Assembly (NCBI GenBank): GCA_964620945.1
Contig: CAZUIE010000003.1
Location: 405-64,404, forward strand
Reading direction: 5' to 3'
Source: an uncultured Maribacter sp.
GTDB lineage: Bacteria > Bacteroidota > Bacteroidia > Flavobacteriales > Flavobacteriaceae
DNA length: 64,000 bases
Position 1 is the stretch's first letter, and every line of letters begins with the position of its first letter. The position numbers and the translations under genes are program-made. This document shows positions 10,052-20,162 of the stretch, piece by piece. Under the pieces are notes generated by a model. The model did not search any database. It worked only from the letters and a program-made list of their open reading frames with translations, and was not told the DNA's origin.

Positions 10052-10537
10052 TCAGCAGAGTTTGACGTCCTCGAACAGAAGTTTAAGAGAAGTTTGAGCT
10101 TCGGGAACTTCAAAATAGCGTTGGGATTCCAAGACAAGATGTTGCAATGCGGATTTGTAGCGTGCCTTGCCATAACCGTTATCCTCATAAAATGTGCATG
10201 GGTTTTTGGGATGCACCTCTGTGGGAGTGGTCAGGGATTTTGCGTCCCTGTTCATATATTCGAACCGTTGTGAAGCCCTTCTGTGGATTCCATCAAGGGT
10301 GAGTTCCTTGGGATATTTTGGGACATTGTAATACAGTTCTTCCAAGATTACGATAAACGCCCTTCTTCTTGAAAGCTTTGGTTTTTGCGAAGCGATGCCG
10401 ATGGCTCTTTGTGCATCACGCACCAAACGCTCGGCCAATAGCACCTGTGATCGCGTATATTCTTTCCCATTGACTTGAGGATGTTCCTCCCTGGTCAAAT
10501 CCTCCAAATAACGAAGCAGTTTTTCTGACGAGATCAT
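10052..10537 (-). CDS. Hypothetical protein
   Basis: 161-aa ORF with ATG start, coupled to the upstream gene. Confidence 0.7.
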   Translation of the reverse strand: MISSEKLLRYLEDLTREEHPQVNGKEYTRSQVLLAERLVRDAQRAIGIASQKPKLSRRRAFIVILEELYYNVPKYPKELTLDGIHRRASQRFEYMNRDAKSLTTPTEVHPKNPCTFYEDNGYGKARYKSALQHLVLESQRYFEVPEAQTSLKLLFEDVKLC

Positions 10538-11322
10538 AATTTAGGACCGCCCCGGCGTTTGTTTATGGTTGGAGTCCGCTCCAAAGCATTCTCCATGGTC
10601 TTTGCTAATTTTTTGGACCGAAGGGAGAGACCCAAAAGATGTTGTTGTACTATGGAACCCGCTAAAATATAATCGGACATGTTTGTCATTTTTGGCCATA
10701 GCTTGGCTTTAACCATGAGGTTAAGCAATAATTGTTCGTGATTGTCTATACCATGGCTGGAACTTTGCATTTGTTTTCCGAAAATCATTAAATACTCTTC
10801 CGGATCAAGTTTCTTTTCTTTGACTACTTTCTCGATTTGTTCCCATATTATCAACTCAGAAAAATGCGCTGCCAGATAAGCCAAGGAAAACCGACCATAT
10901 TCCCATTTGCGATGCGAGGTGGTCTGATCCAATAGCGCTTCCTCTACAAAGTCCACAAGCGCCTCATTTGACAAAGGTCGTTTCAGATCGTATGTGATAT
11001 TTTTAAGTGCTTCTAGTTGTGATTCCGTAGCACTGTCCAGATTGTTCATCAGGTGTCTTGAAAAGGTTTGGGATAGGTCGAACAACGGTTGTTTACCTTC
11101 CAGAATTGCCTTTAATAGTAATTCCCTTTGCGCTTCGGATACCTCGTTATAATGAAGCCCATAGGTAAAAATAGTAGCAATAACGGTTCTCAACTGGCCG
11201 TCCGAAAACTTCGGTTTTTTGTGGAAAGGGGAAAGACCATCCAGTTCACTCATGACCTCCCCGAATGACTGTCTGCCTATTGGGAGAGTAAAATTCATTA
11301 CGTTATATAAGGTTTCCGACAT
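10534..11322 (-). CDS. Hypothetical protein with basic C-terminal tail
   Basis: 262-aa ORF ending KRRGGPKL. Confidence 0.75.
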   Translation of the reverse strand: MSETLYNVMNFTLPIGRQSFGEVMSELDGLSPFHKKPKFSDGQLRTVIATIFTYGLHYNEVSEAQRELLLKAILEGKQPLFDLSQTFSRHLMNNLDSATESQLEALKNITYDLKRPLSNEALVDFVEEALLDQTTSHRKWEYGRFSLAYLAAHFSELIIWEQIEKVVKEKKLDPEEYLMIFGKQMQSSSHGIDNHEQLLLNLMVKAKLWPKMTNMSDYILAGSIVQQHLLGLSLRSKKLAKTMENALERTPTINKRRGGPKL

Positions 11323-11351
11323 GACATAAATTTAATCAAAAAAAAGTATTA

Positions 11352-11591
11352 TTAACTTTTAGGCAAGGGAAATTCCGTTCTCATTCTCCAATCCAACGAC
11401 TTCCTCCTTTCTAAAAATTCTTGGATTTCCTTGACCCAATTTTCATAGGATGGGGATTCCCCATAAATCATTTGCTCCTGCATTGTTTTATAATCTGCCT
11501 TCCAATCCTCCGTATGATCAGGGGATGGGATGGGCATTATGTTTTGAGGTCGATGCTGATTGAAATCGACCCCACCGAGTTTTGTGAATAC
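11352..11591 (-). pseudogene. abiEii: 3' fragment of AbiEii nucleotidyltransferase toxin (split by insertion)
   Basis: VFTKLGGVDF...WKADYKTMQEQMIYGESPSY continues in frame from HRY at 18441. Confidence 0.85.
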
Positions 11592-11608
11592 CCCGACGAA
11601 CCGCCTGT

Positions 11609-11654
11609 CAAGGCGTAACAAAACCCTGCTAATCGTACGATTAGCAGGGTTTTT
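11609..11654. terminator. Hairpin at the left end of the nested element
   Basis: AAAACCCTGCTAATCG-TA-CGATTAGCAGGGTTTT perfect inverted repeat with T-run. Confidence 0.7.
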
Positions 11655-11812
11655 CATTTTCCCTGTATTCATTTAAATCGTTTTGTAACCATCCTTTTGG
11701 TGTGCAATTCGGTGTGTAAAGCGGTACACAATTTGTTGTAAATTTAAATAGCATTTAGCCCATTTAGATGTAGTCTTTAAACAAAAAATGTTTAATTAAA
11801 AAGACTTACAAC

Positions 11813-13072
11813 ATGCGTACAGACAGCACATTAGGAGTGATCTTCTTCACTCGCAAGAAAAGGAACGACCCCGAAAAACTGGATATCTATGTCAGGAATA
11901 CGGTCAACAAGAAACGCGCTGAATTTAGTATAAAGCGTGACATTGCGGTGTGCAAATGGGATATTTTTAGGTGCAGGGCCAAAGAGACCGACCAAAACCT
12001 GATTTTACTAAACACCTATCTAGATGACGTATATGCCGAGGTTCTCAATGCCCATAAGCAATTACACTCGGAACGAAAGCTGATTACAGCCAAGGCGATC
12101 AAGTCAAGGTACTTCGGGGAGGACGAGGAGCACATGACCTTGATGAAGGCCGTCGAATACCACAACGGCAATATCAATAAATCTCTAAAGCCCGGCACGC
12201 TTAAGAATTATTTTTCTACTGAAAAGTACTTAAAGCAATTTCTGCAAGAGCGTTTAAAGACCGATGATATTTATTTGATTCAATTGAACTATAAATTCAT
12301 CACCGACTTCGAAAACTATATTAGAACCTATAGGCCAAAAAAAGCACGAAAGACCTGTTCGAACAATGGTGCGATGAAGCATCTTGAAAGGCTAATGAAG
12401 ATTACCAACCTTGCGCTTAAAATGGAATGGTTGGAAAAAGGCCCGTTCAGAAATTTCAAACTTAATTATATAAGAAATGAGCGAGACTATCTTACGGAAA
12501 GGGAGCTTGATTTGATAGAAAATACTTCTTTTATGACCTTAGGCTTGAAACGGGTCAAAGATGTATTCTTGTTCAGTTGTTATACTGGTCTTTCCTATAT
12601 TGATATTAAGAAATTGCATCCTACTCAGATTCTAGTGGGAATCGATGGAAATAAATGGATACATACAAAAAGGGCAAAAACCAATGAACCGGTCAAAATT
12701 CCACTTCTATCAAGAGCAAAAGAAATTCTAGATAAATATGACAAGGAAAAGGAATTAACCGGCAACCTTTTTCCCGTTTATAGTAATCAATAGACCAATA
12801 AGAATTTAAAGGAGATTGCCAAAGTTTGTGGTATTCATAAAAATATAACCTTTCATGTCGCTCGTCATACTTTCGCAACAACCATAACACTGTCCAATGG
12901 AGTTCCGATTGAAACGGTATCAAAACTTTTAGGCCACACCAAACTATCAACCACTCAAATTTACGCCAGAGTATTGCAGAAGAAAGTAGGGGAGGACATG
13001 CAAAATCTGATGAATCTTTTTGAAGCAAAAAAGAGACAAAGAAGCGAAGCCACCAAATCCGAACATAACTAG
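11813..13072 (+). pseudogene. Tyrosine integrase with in-frame nonsense codon (TAG 12791-12793)
   Basis: Arm-binding N-terminus and YTGLSY; the frame continues after SNQ* with TFHVARHTFATT...LLGHTKLSTTQIY to TAG at 13070-13072. Confidence 0.9.
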
Positions 13073-13369
13073 TCTTGCACGAGTTTCTTGTATTATTTTT
13101 ATAGCGTTTGGGAAGATAAGTGTCAAGCAAAAATCGTATAGGGTGCAATCGCGAAAGAGTACGTGGCATTGTCGAAATAGAATAACTCTGCGAGTTATTT
13201 CCAGTCCGACAAGCGAAACATTATTTGACCAAGTATCAACAAGAAATTCCTAAAATATCTCCTTGAAGGATATTTAAGGATTTTCAAAATTCTAACTTTA
13301 CAACTCTTAAAGTTTTTGGTCTTTTTACTGCCAAAAGAAAGGGCTTTTATCATTTTGGGAAAAGTGTAT

Positions 13370-13445
13370 TCTTTTTTGAAGTGCAGCGTAAAAAAGGAAT
13401 AGCAAGAGGGTGATGCGCTAAAGCGACATCACATTGGTTTTTGGA
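13370..13445. promoter_or_regulatory. Putative oriT of the nested element
   Basis: CTTTTTT..AAAAAAG hairpin, AGCAAG and GTGATG-CGCT..AGCG-ACATCAC hairpin upstream of the mob genes. Confidence 0.4.
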
Positions 13446-13581
13446 TTTTCAAATACTTGAAAATCAATTGGTTGAATCCCTTTTTATCCGTTAGGATTTA
13501 CAGTACGAAAATTCCATTTACTGTAAACGGCTTCGGAAGCCCTGAAAACGTTGAAAAAATTTGGTGCAAATAATAAAGATC

Positions 13582-14136
13582 ATGAAGGAAAAACAGAAAA
13601 AAAGCTATGAATATTCGGCCATCAGTATCAAGACCGATGTGGCCGTTAGGTTTCGAAGGTACAGCAAACAGTTTACAAAATCGAACAGCGAGGTGTTGCA
13701 TCGAATGTTATTCTTTCTGCAATTGAACGATTTAAACCCTTTTGATAGTAACATTAAAAAAATAGTTTCCGGGATACAGAAGAATAGAAAACAGATTGAG
13801 TACCTCATTTCCATATTGAAGGATATTGAAATCAAACAAACCAGGCCTACCTATGAAATGGTCAAGATCTTGTTTGAGGCCCATTCCAAGATCAAAGAGG
13901 GTTCAAAGAAGGAAATCCTATTCTTGCCACAACCCGAACTAGAGGAATTGGAAGAAACCATTCCCAAAGTATACCATGAGCGATTGCGCCAAGAGTTCTC
14001 GGAATATAAATGGGATTGTATACGACTTTTGGAAAAGGTCATCGTGGTAAAACCCAAATTTGGAAAACCACACCTGAAGGTCGAACTATCGCAAGGGGAG
14101 TACGAAAAACTTAGAAGAGAATTAAACAAGGACTGA
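13582..14136 (+). CDS. BfmA/BtgA-family mobilisation protein
   Basis: YSAISIKTDVAVRFRRYSK N-terminus; precedes the relaxase. Confidence 0.75.
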   Translation: MKEKQKKSYEYSAISIKTDVAVRFRRYSKQFTKSNSEVLHRMLFFLQLNDLNPFDSNIKKIVSGIQKNRKQIEYLISILKDIEIKQTRPTYEMVKILFEAHSKIKEGSKKEILFLPQPELEELEETIPKVYHERLRQEFSEYKWDCIRLLEKVIVVKPKFGKPHLKVELSQGEYEKLRRELNKD

Positions 14137-14138
14137 TT

Positions 14139-15164
14139 ATGTACATAGCTATCTCACCACAAAAAATAGGCAGTACCTATACCTCCAGTGTAGGAGCCTA
14201 TGTCGAATATCTTGAAAAGGAAGATTTGGGGAAACTACCGGAACTACGGGAAAACTTTTTTGACCAGTATACTGATAGCATCGCACCTGAAAAAGTTGTT
14301 TCCGAAATCGACGGCAACACCGCCAAGCTGAGAAAACGGGACCCAAAGTTTTATTCCATCGTTGTGAGCCCAAGTCAACGGGAACTGAAGGCCATCAACA
14401 ATGACCCCGCCCATCTGCGTAAGTATGTGAGGGAACTGATGAAGGACTATGCCGATTCATTTCACAGGAATCAACAAGTTTCGGTAGACAGTATAAAGTA
14501 CTATGCTAAAATAGAGCACCAACGGACCTATCGAGGGTTTGAAAGACAGGTAATCGGAAATGCTCCCTACCGAAAGAAAATTGCCAAGCTTCGAAATGAT
14601 ATACGAAAGGTGGAAAGGGGAGAGATAAGTGGAAACGTGAGGAAACTAGAAAATAAGATAGAAAAATTCCATGACCAAGCCCCTAATAAGCAGAACGGGA
14701 AAATGATAGTCGCAGGAATGCAAAAAGAGGGCTATCAGACGCACGTAAATATCATTGTAAGCCGAAATGACGTGTCTAATACCTATACCCTCTCTCCATT
14801 GGCCAAACACAAGGCATCCGAGGTTCTGCTAAACGGAAACCCGACAAAAAGGGGTTTTGATAGGGACAAATTCTATGAAGCCTCGGAAAAGACCTTTGAC
14901 CGAATGGCAGGTTATGACCGGAACTATGTAGAAACCTATACTGCCAAAAAGGATTTTATTAAGAGTCCGGGGAAGTTCTATGCCAGCCTGATCGGATTAC
15001 CGACTAGGGAAAAGGATGTTGCTTTTAAATTGCTACGAAATACTGGAATAAAAATCCCGAATATACCAATGAATCAGCATCAGGTAGCCATGAAAATCAT
15101 AAGGATTTTACAAAATGGGATAGGTAGAGCCCTACGATCTAGTGGAATTGATATTAGTTACTGA
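14139..15164 (+). CDS. MobB-family relaxase (DUF5712-like)
   Basis: MYIAISPQK...YLEKE, KFYSIVVSPS, KEGYQTHVNIIVSR (second His of HxH is Asn). Confidence 0.8.
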   Translation: MYIAISPQKIGSTYTSSVGAYVEYLEKEDLGKLPELRENFFDQYTDSIAPEKVVSEIDGNTAKLRKRDPKFYSIVVSPSQRELKAINNDPAHLRKYVRELMKDYADSFHRNQQVSVDSIKYYAKIEHQRTYRGFERQVIGNAPYRKKIAKLRNDIRKVERGEISGNVRKLENKIEKFHDQAPNKQNGKMIVAGMQKEGYQTHVNIIVSRNDVSNTYTLSPLAKHKASEVLLNGNPTKRGFDRDKFYEASEKTFDRMAGYDRNYVETYTAKKDFIKSPGKFYASLIGLPTREKDVAFKLLRNTGIKIPNIPMNQHQVAMKIIRILQNGIGRALRSSGIDISY

Positions 15165-15444
15165 TAGTTTTTGAGGACAAAACATCACTTAAAAATATTT
15201 TTTAAACAAACTAGTTTGGAAATCTTCTGCTATGTCTGGTAGAGGGTAATTTCTTTTCAAAACTGAATCTTTCTTATTTGTGTTTTCTTTTTTCTGAAAC
15301 TGTTATGACTAATAATCTTACATCCTTTCTTTGAAACATATTGTACTAATAAGCAACCATATTATGAAACTAGCATCTTATAAACATAAAGAATTAACAA
15401 TTTATATTATAGGAAATAACTTACATTTTATTAAATTTATTATT

Positions 15445-15807
15445 ATGAAAAAAATAGCTTCAATTCTACTCATTCTTTTTATCAATTTTTCTTTTCTGAA
15501 TTGTTCAAATGATAATAGCCCGGCTCCACTGTTAAATGTCGAAGGATTAGTCCTAGGCACTGTTTCTTGTAATACAGAAAATAATGGACGTGCAATAAGC
15601 GTCAAATTGTCCAACCCTCTTGACTCCGATATCGAAATGATAATAATACCTAATCTTCCTAGCGAATTCAAAGATATAGGTAATGTATTACAATTTAATA
15701 TCGAGCAATCACAAGAGGGTTTTACCAATTGTGTTGCCATTTTTTCATCGGATATTATGTTTAATGTATCAAATGTTAAGTTAATCTCTAAAAACGGAAC
15801 TCCATGA
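15445..15807 (+). CDS. Small lipoprotein upstream of protease (candidate inhibitor/chaperone)
   Basis: Signal peptide with lipobox FLNC; two further Cys; overlaps the protease start (ATGA). Confidence 0.75.
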   Translation: MKKIASILLILFINFSFLNCSNDNSPAPLLNVEGLVLGTVSCNTENNGRAISVKLSNPLDSDIEMIIIPNLPSEFKDIGNVLQFNIEQSQEGFTNCVAIFSSDIMFNVSNVKLISKNGTP

Positions 15808-18044
15808 AGCAAAATTACATGAAATTTATTCTTTTCTATGTTGCAATAGTGTTTTACACGAATGTAAACGGCCAAGATTATTATTGGTCGAACAATAAAA
15901 AAATTACTTTAACTAAAAATGAAACCAAAGTTTTGATTAATGCCATTAGTGGTACTGAAACTGAGCGGTATTTTCAGGAAAGTAGGGCTGTTGGCTCAAT
16001 AGAAAGAATCAATCCCAATTCAATATTAGTAACTGCCAAAGAAGGCAAGATGAATTTAGACTCTGAAAATCTAACCACGAATAAAAATTTTACTTGGTCA
16101 TATTTTAGTGATGAGGGTGAGGAAATCATTCCAACAGGTGAGATATTATTTATGCCAAAAAAAGGTGTTGGTTTCAAAGAAATAAATGAGTTATCTGATA
16201 ATCAATTGAGGGTCGTTAGGGAAAAATATAGTACTTATAGGGTGTTTGTGGATGACTATTCTAAATTACTATATTTGGCAAATAAAATTTACGAAAGCGG
16301 TTTGGTAGAATATTGCCATCCCAATTTTATAATGGAAATCAAAAAGTTTCAAAACGACCCGCTATATCCTGACCAATATTATTTGAATAACACTGGACAG
16401 TTTGGTGGAACTGTAGGAATCGATATTAATGCTCCCCAAGCATGGGCAATCACAACAGGTCTAACCGATATCAGGGTTGCAGTCTTAGATGATGGCGTTG
16501 AAAATCATATTGATTTGAACGGAAGGGTCGTACAGGGTTTTAGCCCATTGAACGCAACCGGTTTCGGTGCTCCAGTAGTTGGTTCTGATCATGGACAGGC
16601 CTGTGCCGGCATTGTCGGAGCTACTCAAAATAATAATGAAGGAATTTCAGGAGTAGCACCTTGTGTTGATATTGTTCCTATAAATATATTTATCGGTACT
16701 GAATCTTCGGCGGATTTAGCTGATGCCATTGATTGGGCTTGGGACGAAGGCGATTCGGATGTTCTAAGTAATTCATGGGGTTATACTGCACAAGGAACTT
16801 ATCATGACAATATTGCAAGTGCTATAGGGCGGGCTAGAACTCAAGGAAGAAATGGTAGAGGGGCGATTGTTGTTTTTGCATCCGGAAATGAGAATCTTAA
16901 CTTTGCTGGTGTTACATTCCCAGCAAACGTTGCTGGCGTACTAACAGTTGGAGCTGTTGATAACGATGGGAATATTCAAAATTATAGTAGTCGCGGACCT
17001 CAAATTGATTTAGTTGCACCATCAGGAGATGCTGGATTAGCCGGTGATGTAGTTACGACAGATAGGCCTGGCGCACCAGGATATAATAATGGAAATTACA
17101 CAACTAATTTTAACGGTACGTCCGCAGCATGTCCGCAGGTAGCAGGTGTAGCTGCTTTAATGCTCTCCTTAGACCCTTTCCAAACAGAAAGCCAGATAAA
17201 GAGTAAAATCACATCCTCGGCAACTGGGACTGGGTTTAACAATAATACTGGACATGGTAGGCTGAATGCACAAGCCGCATTGCAGCAGGTAACTCCAATT
17301 ATTTCAGGACCAACTAAGTTTTGTCCATCTGGTGTGATGAGAGTCGGATCACTTTCCGGCGGAACAATAACATGGTCCGTTAACCCTTCAAATTCTTTGA
17401 GTTTTACCCAAGGTGCGTCTACTAATACTTTTACAAGAATAGGTAGTTTTAGTGGTAATGCTACCATAACAGCAACTTTAAATCCTGCATGCGGAACTAC
17501 TAGAGTTATTACAAAAAATATAGTAGTAGGCGGAACTATGGATTTTACGTGGAGTGGGGTAGGACCATATGGACAATTAGATGTGAATGTTACGAGTGGC
17601 TCACCTCCATTTAAAGTATATCGAGGTACTACATTGTTATATTCTGGGAGCAACGGCTCACCTACGGTTAATTTTGGTTGTAATGGGGGCGTTCTCAAAG
17701 TGGAGGCTAACACTGCTTGTGGGGTGGCCTCAAAAAGCACTATCGTTCCGCAAGGATGCGCAAGCTTTAGGGGTCAGCAAACAATGGTTGTGTTTCCAAA
17801 TCCTACAAATTCTGATTTGGACATTGCACAAGTTAATGAATATAAGAGGACTAGGTCTGAAGATGATATTGGATCAGGAGAACTTCAACTTTATAATTTT
17901 AGTGGAGAGATGCTAAAAACCCATAAATTCTCTAGTATTGGGGTTGATACAATGATGGATGTGACAGATTTGAAAAAAGGTATATACTTATTAAGGATTG
18001 TTGCCAAAGAAATTGATGAAGTCCATCAAGTTGTAATTGAATAG
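15804..18044 (+). CDS. S8 subtilisin-like serine protease with T9SS C-terminal sorting domain
   Basis: Signal peptide; VAVLDDG, HGQACAG, GTSAACP triad; VFPNP...LKKGIYLLRI C-terminal domain. Confidence 0.93.
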   Translation: MKQNYMKFILFYVAIVFYTNVNGQDYYWSNNKKITLTKNETKVLINAISGTETERYFQESRAVGSIERINPNSILVTAKEGKMNLDSENLTTNKNFTWSYFSDEGEEIIPTGEILFMPKKGVGFKEINELSDNQLRVVREKYSTYRVFVDDYSKLLYLANKIYESGLVEYCHPNFIMEIKKFQNDPLYPDQYYLNNTGQFGGTVGIDINAPQAWAITTGLTDIRVAVLDDGVENHIDLNGRVVQGFSPLNATGFGAPVVGSDHGQACAGIVGATQNNNEGISGVAPCVDIVPINIFIGTESSADLADAIDWAWDEGDSDVLSNSWGYTAQGTYHDNIASAIGRARTQGRNGRGAIVVFASGNENLNFAGVTFPANVAGVLTVGAVDNDGNIQNYSSRGPQIDLVAPSGDAGLAGDVVTTDRPGAPGYNNGNYTTNFNGTSAACPQVAGVAALMLSLDPFQTESQIKSKITSSATGTGFNNNTGHGRLNAQAALQQVTPIISGPTKFCPSGVMRVGSLSGGTITWSVNPSNSLSFTQGASTNTFTRIGSFSGNATITATLNPACGTTRVITKNIVVGGTMDFTWSGVGPYGQLDVNVTSGSPPFKVYRGTTLLYSGSNGSPTVNFGCNGGVLKVEANTACGVASKSTIVPQGCASFRGQQTMVVFPNPTNSDLDIAQVNEYKRTRSEDDIGSGELQLYNFSGEMLKTHKFSSIGVDTMMDVTDLKKGIYLLRIVAKEIDEVHQVVIE

Positions 18045-18067
18045 TGTTTTATGGTTTGATATTGTTT

Positions 18068-18091
18068 TGAAGGGGCATTTCCGCCCCTTCA
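18068..18091 (+). terminator. Hairpin terminator after S8 gene
   Basis: TGAAGGGGC-N6-GCCCCTTCA stem. Confidence 0.6.
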
Positions 18092-18440
18092 TCAATTTTA
18101 TTATAGTTATTTTACATTAATTGTTGAGCTTCTATCTATTGATAAATTGTTTGGTAAGTTTAAGTTGTGGTTTACCATAAGGCGCTAGAGTTTTTTGGTA
18201 AATCAACATAAAGTGAGATATAGTATTGTAAAACTAATTTTTGTTTTGACTAATCTGGTTCAGGTATAGCTATTTTAATATTGTTGATATTAACAATATG
18301 TTTTCCCAGATTTGTTGGGTAAAGGATTACATCATTTGTACTTATTTGTATTAAAAATTGCAAAGAGGTGTACAGCTTAAAATTAGCAAGGTAAAATATT
18401 GTAAGAGAGTGTGTTATGGCCTTGCTTCTAGGTCTGCCAC

Positions 18441-19238
18441 ATATCGATGGCTTACAATGGTTTCATATAATTCTCTGTCATGGATGGCATTGGTCGCAAA
18501 TTCCGTTTTCGACAATTGGAAAATATCATATAAGTGGCGGCTTAACCTGTCAACCCTAACCTTCTCCTTGGGACGTTGGAATTCTTCATGCAGTAAGAAC
18601 AGTTTTTCCAAAAAAGTTCGTTCAGGGGTTACGGACGGAACATTAACTGAAGACTCGACAAATTCGGCTTCGGGATATTCTTCGTCCACAAAAGAATGTA
18701 TCGGTTTTAAACTAAAAGGTTCCCTAAGGGAGCGACAGCCAATTTCAACCTGAACCCTTGGTTGGATATATCCAGGGGATTTGGTGACATAAGGATAATA
18801 GATTTCTATGATACGGGGATCCTGGTCACTTGATTCGGCCTGAATGATATTGAAACCGACATCCTTAAAACCGTTCTTCTGAAATCGCCCCTGTAACTCA
18901 GGATAGAATTTTGCCGAAAGATAGGAGCTGGTTTCCTTCCGTAATTTGGTCAATTGTTTTTTTGAGAGTTCCCCTGAATATTCAAAAAATCCACGGTCAA
19001 CAGCAAGATCAATATCTTCACTAAATCGATCTATCAGTTTCCAAGCCTTGCTTAGCGACGTCCCGCCCTTAAAGACCAAATGTTCCGCTATCCCCATTCC
19101 AAAGATAATCTTCATGGTCTGGACGACCCACCAATCCTTCTCCACCGCAAAATCGGGTACTCCCGTTTTATTCTCTACATTTTTAAAGATGGCGAGCCTA
19201 TCTTCTTCGGGTATATCGTAAAATGACTTTTTATCCAT
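18441..19238 (-). pseudogene. abiEii: 5' part of AbiEii nucleotidyltransferase toxin (type IV TA), interrupted
   Basis: VEKDWWV, LVFKGGTSLSK, RFSEDIDL, ERTFLEKL, SRHLYD motifs; runs into element sequence after HRY. Confidence 0.88.
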
Positions 19239-19833
19239 TGTCTAAGCTCTTTTCCATGATTTTACGAATCCACGCCGGAGCCAATGCTATATCGTGAAGC
19301 AGGTCTTTTTGGTCTTCTTTTTTCAAAAGGGCTACAATTTTGGCTTCTTCCCCCTCCGTTAATTGGTCTTTTCCGATTTCACGGAGGGCCTGTATGACCA
19401 GTCCGCTTATCTCCCCCTTGGCCGATAAATTTTTGGGGGTAGTCTTCTTTAATTTTATGCTTCGCTTCCCCAATTTTATTTCTCGGGGAGCTCCATCGGT
19501 AAGAAAGACAAGCCTCATGGGAACTTGTGTACTAAGCCCCAATGCACTTAATGCATATACCCCGGTAGGTACCAATCGGATCTTGTCCCTTTTGGCTATG
19601 GCCATTGCAATTTCCTCTGCCGTTGGCAATACCTCTCCCACATATTTGCTTGTCTTGGGGCGTACATAAATTCCTTGGGCCACCCTCTGAATAAAGCCCT
19701 CTTTTTCAATCCTATGGAGAGCCAAACGTATAGCTTCGGATGTACCCACTCCCCTAAAATCATCGGGGAACAACAACTCTCCCCGCTTCTTTCTGGAAAT
19801 GGATTTTCTTATTTTGGACTCAACGCTCTGCAT
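19231..19833 (-). CDS. abiEi: AbiEi-type antitoxin (DUF6088-like)
   Basis: Winged helix (AIRLALHR..EG.I.RV..GIY), LGLSTQVP; overlaps abiEii start. Confidence 0.85.
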   Translation of the reverse strand: MQSVESKIRKSISRKKRGELLFPDDFRGVGTSEAIRLALHRIEKEGFIQRVAQGIYVRPKTSKYVGEVLPTAEEIAMAIAKRDKIRLVPTGVYALSALGLSTQVPMRLVFLTDGAPREIKLGKRSIKLKKTTPKNLSAKGEISGLVIQALREIGKDQLTEGEEAKIVALLKKEDQKDLLHDIALAPAWIRKIMEKSLDNG

Positions 19834-19849
19834 AACACACACATCTTAT

Positions 19850-19880
19850 TTGTAACAAATTTAGTGAATTTTTGTTACAA
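19850..19880. promoter_or_regulatory. Inverted repeat upstream of abiEi (probable autoregulatory operator)
   Basis: TTGTAACAAA...TTTGTTACAA just upstream of the start codon. Confidence 0.6.
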
Positions 19881-20162
19881 AATGAATTAGGCTATTATTC
19901 TATTCCCATAACAGTTGGTTTCAATATCTTAAAACTAGAAATCAACAGGACGAGTATGAAACAAATTTTCAATACTATGGAACGGTAAAACGCATTCTGC
20001 AAATGTATGGAAGCCTTTTTCGGGCTTTCATTCGTTTGCGCTTCGTTTCGAGGGGGTTGTGTGAAAGCAAGCCGATAAGGCGCAGCTTTTACATAACTCC
20101 CGCAGAAACCATGGGGAGGGAAAGAAAAAAGTGCAGATTAAAATAAGATTATGATGGAACGA

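Larger units (their letters stand above)
11590..18440. mobile_element. Nested integrative mobilisable element (~6.85 kb) inserted in abiEii
   Basis: Carries integrase, BfmA, MobB and cargo; removing it at the shared AC dinucleotide (11590-11591 / 18439-18440) restores the abiEii reading frame. Confidence 0.85.

Noticed and set aside
11586..11600. tRNA gene at ACCCCGAC
   Set aside because: Only a few bases resemble a tRNA 3' end and there is no cloverleaf; treated as an att remnant
11352..11672. Stand-alone 106-aa gene from the ORF track
   Set aside because: Its N-terminus is element-end hairpin sequence fused to the abiEii 3' fragment
12693..13169. 158-aa minus-strand ORF
   Set aside because: Antisense shadow of the integrase catalytic domain
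15402..15875. 157-aa minus-strand ORF
   Set aside because: Antisense to the lipoprotein, which has a clear lipobox
17096..17740. 214-aa minus-strand ORF
   Set aside because: Antisense to the S8 protease; no independent motifs
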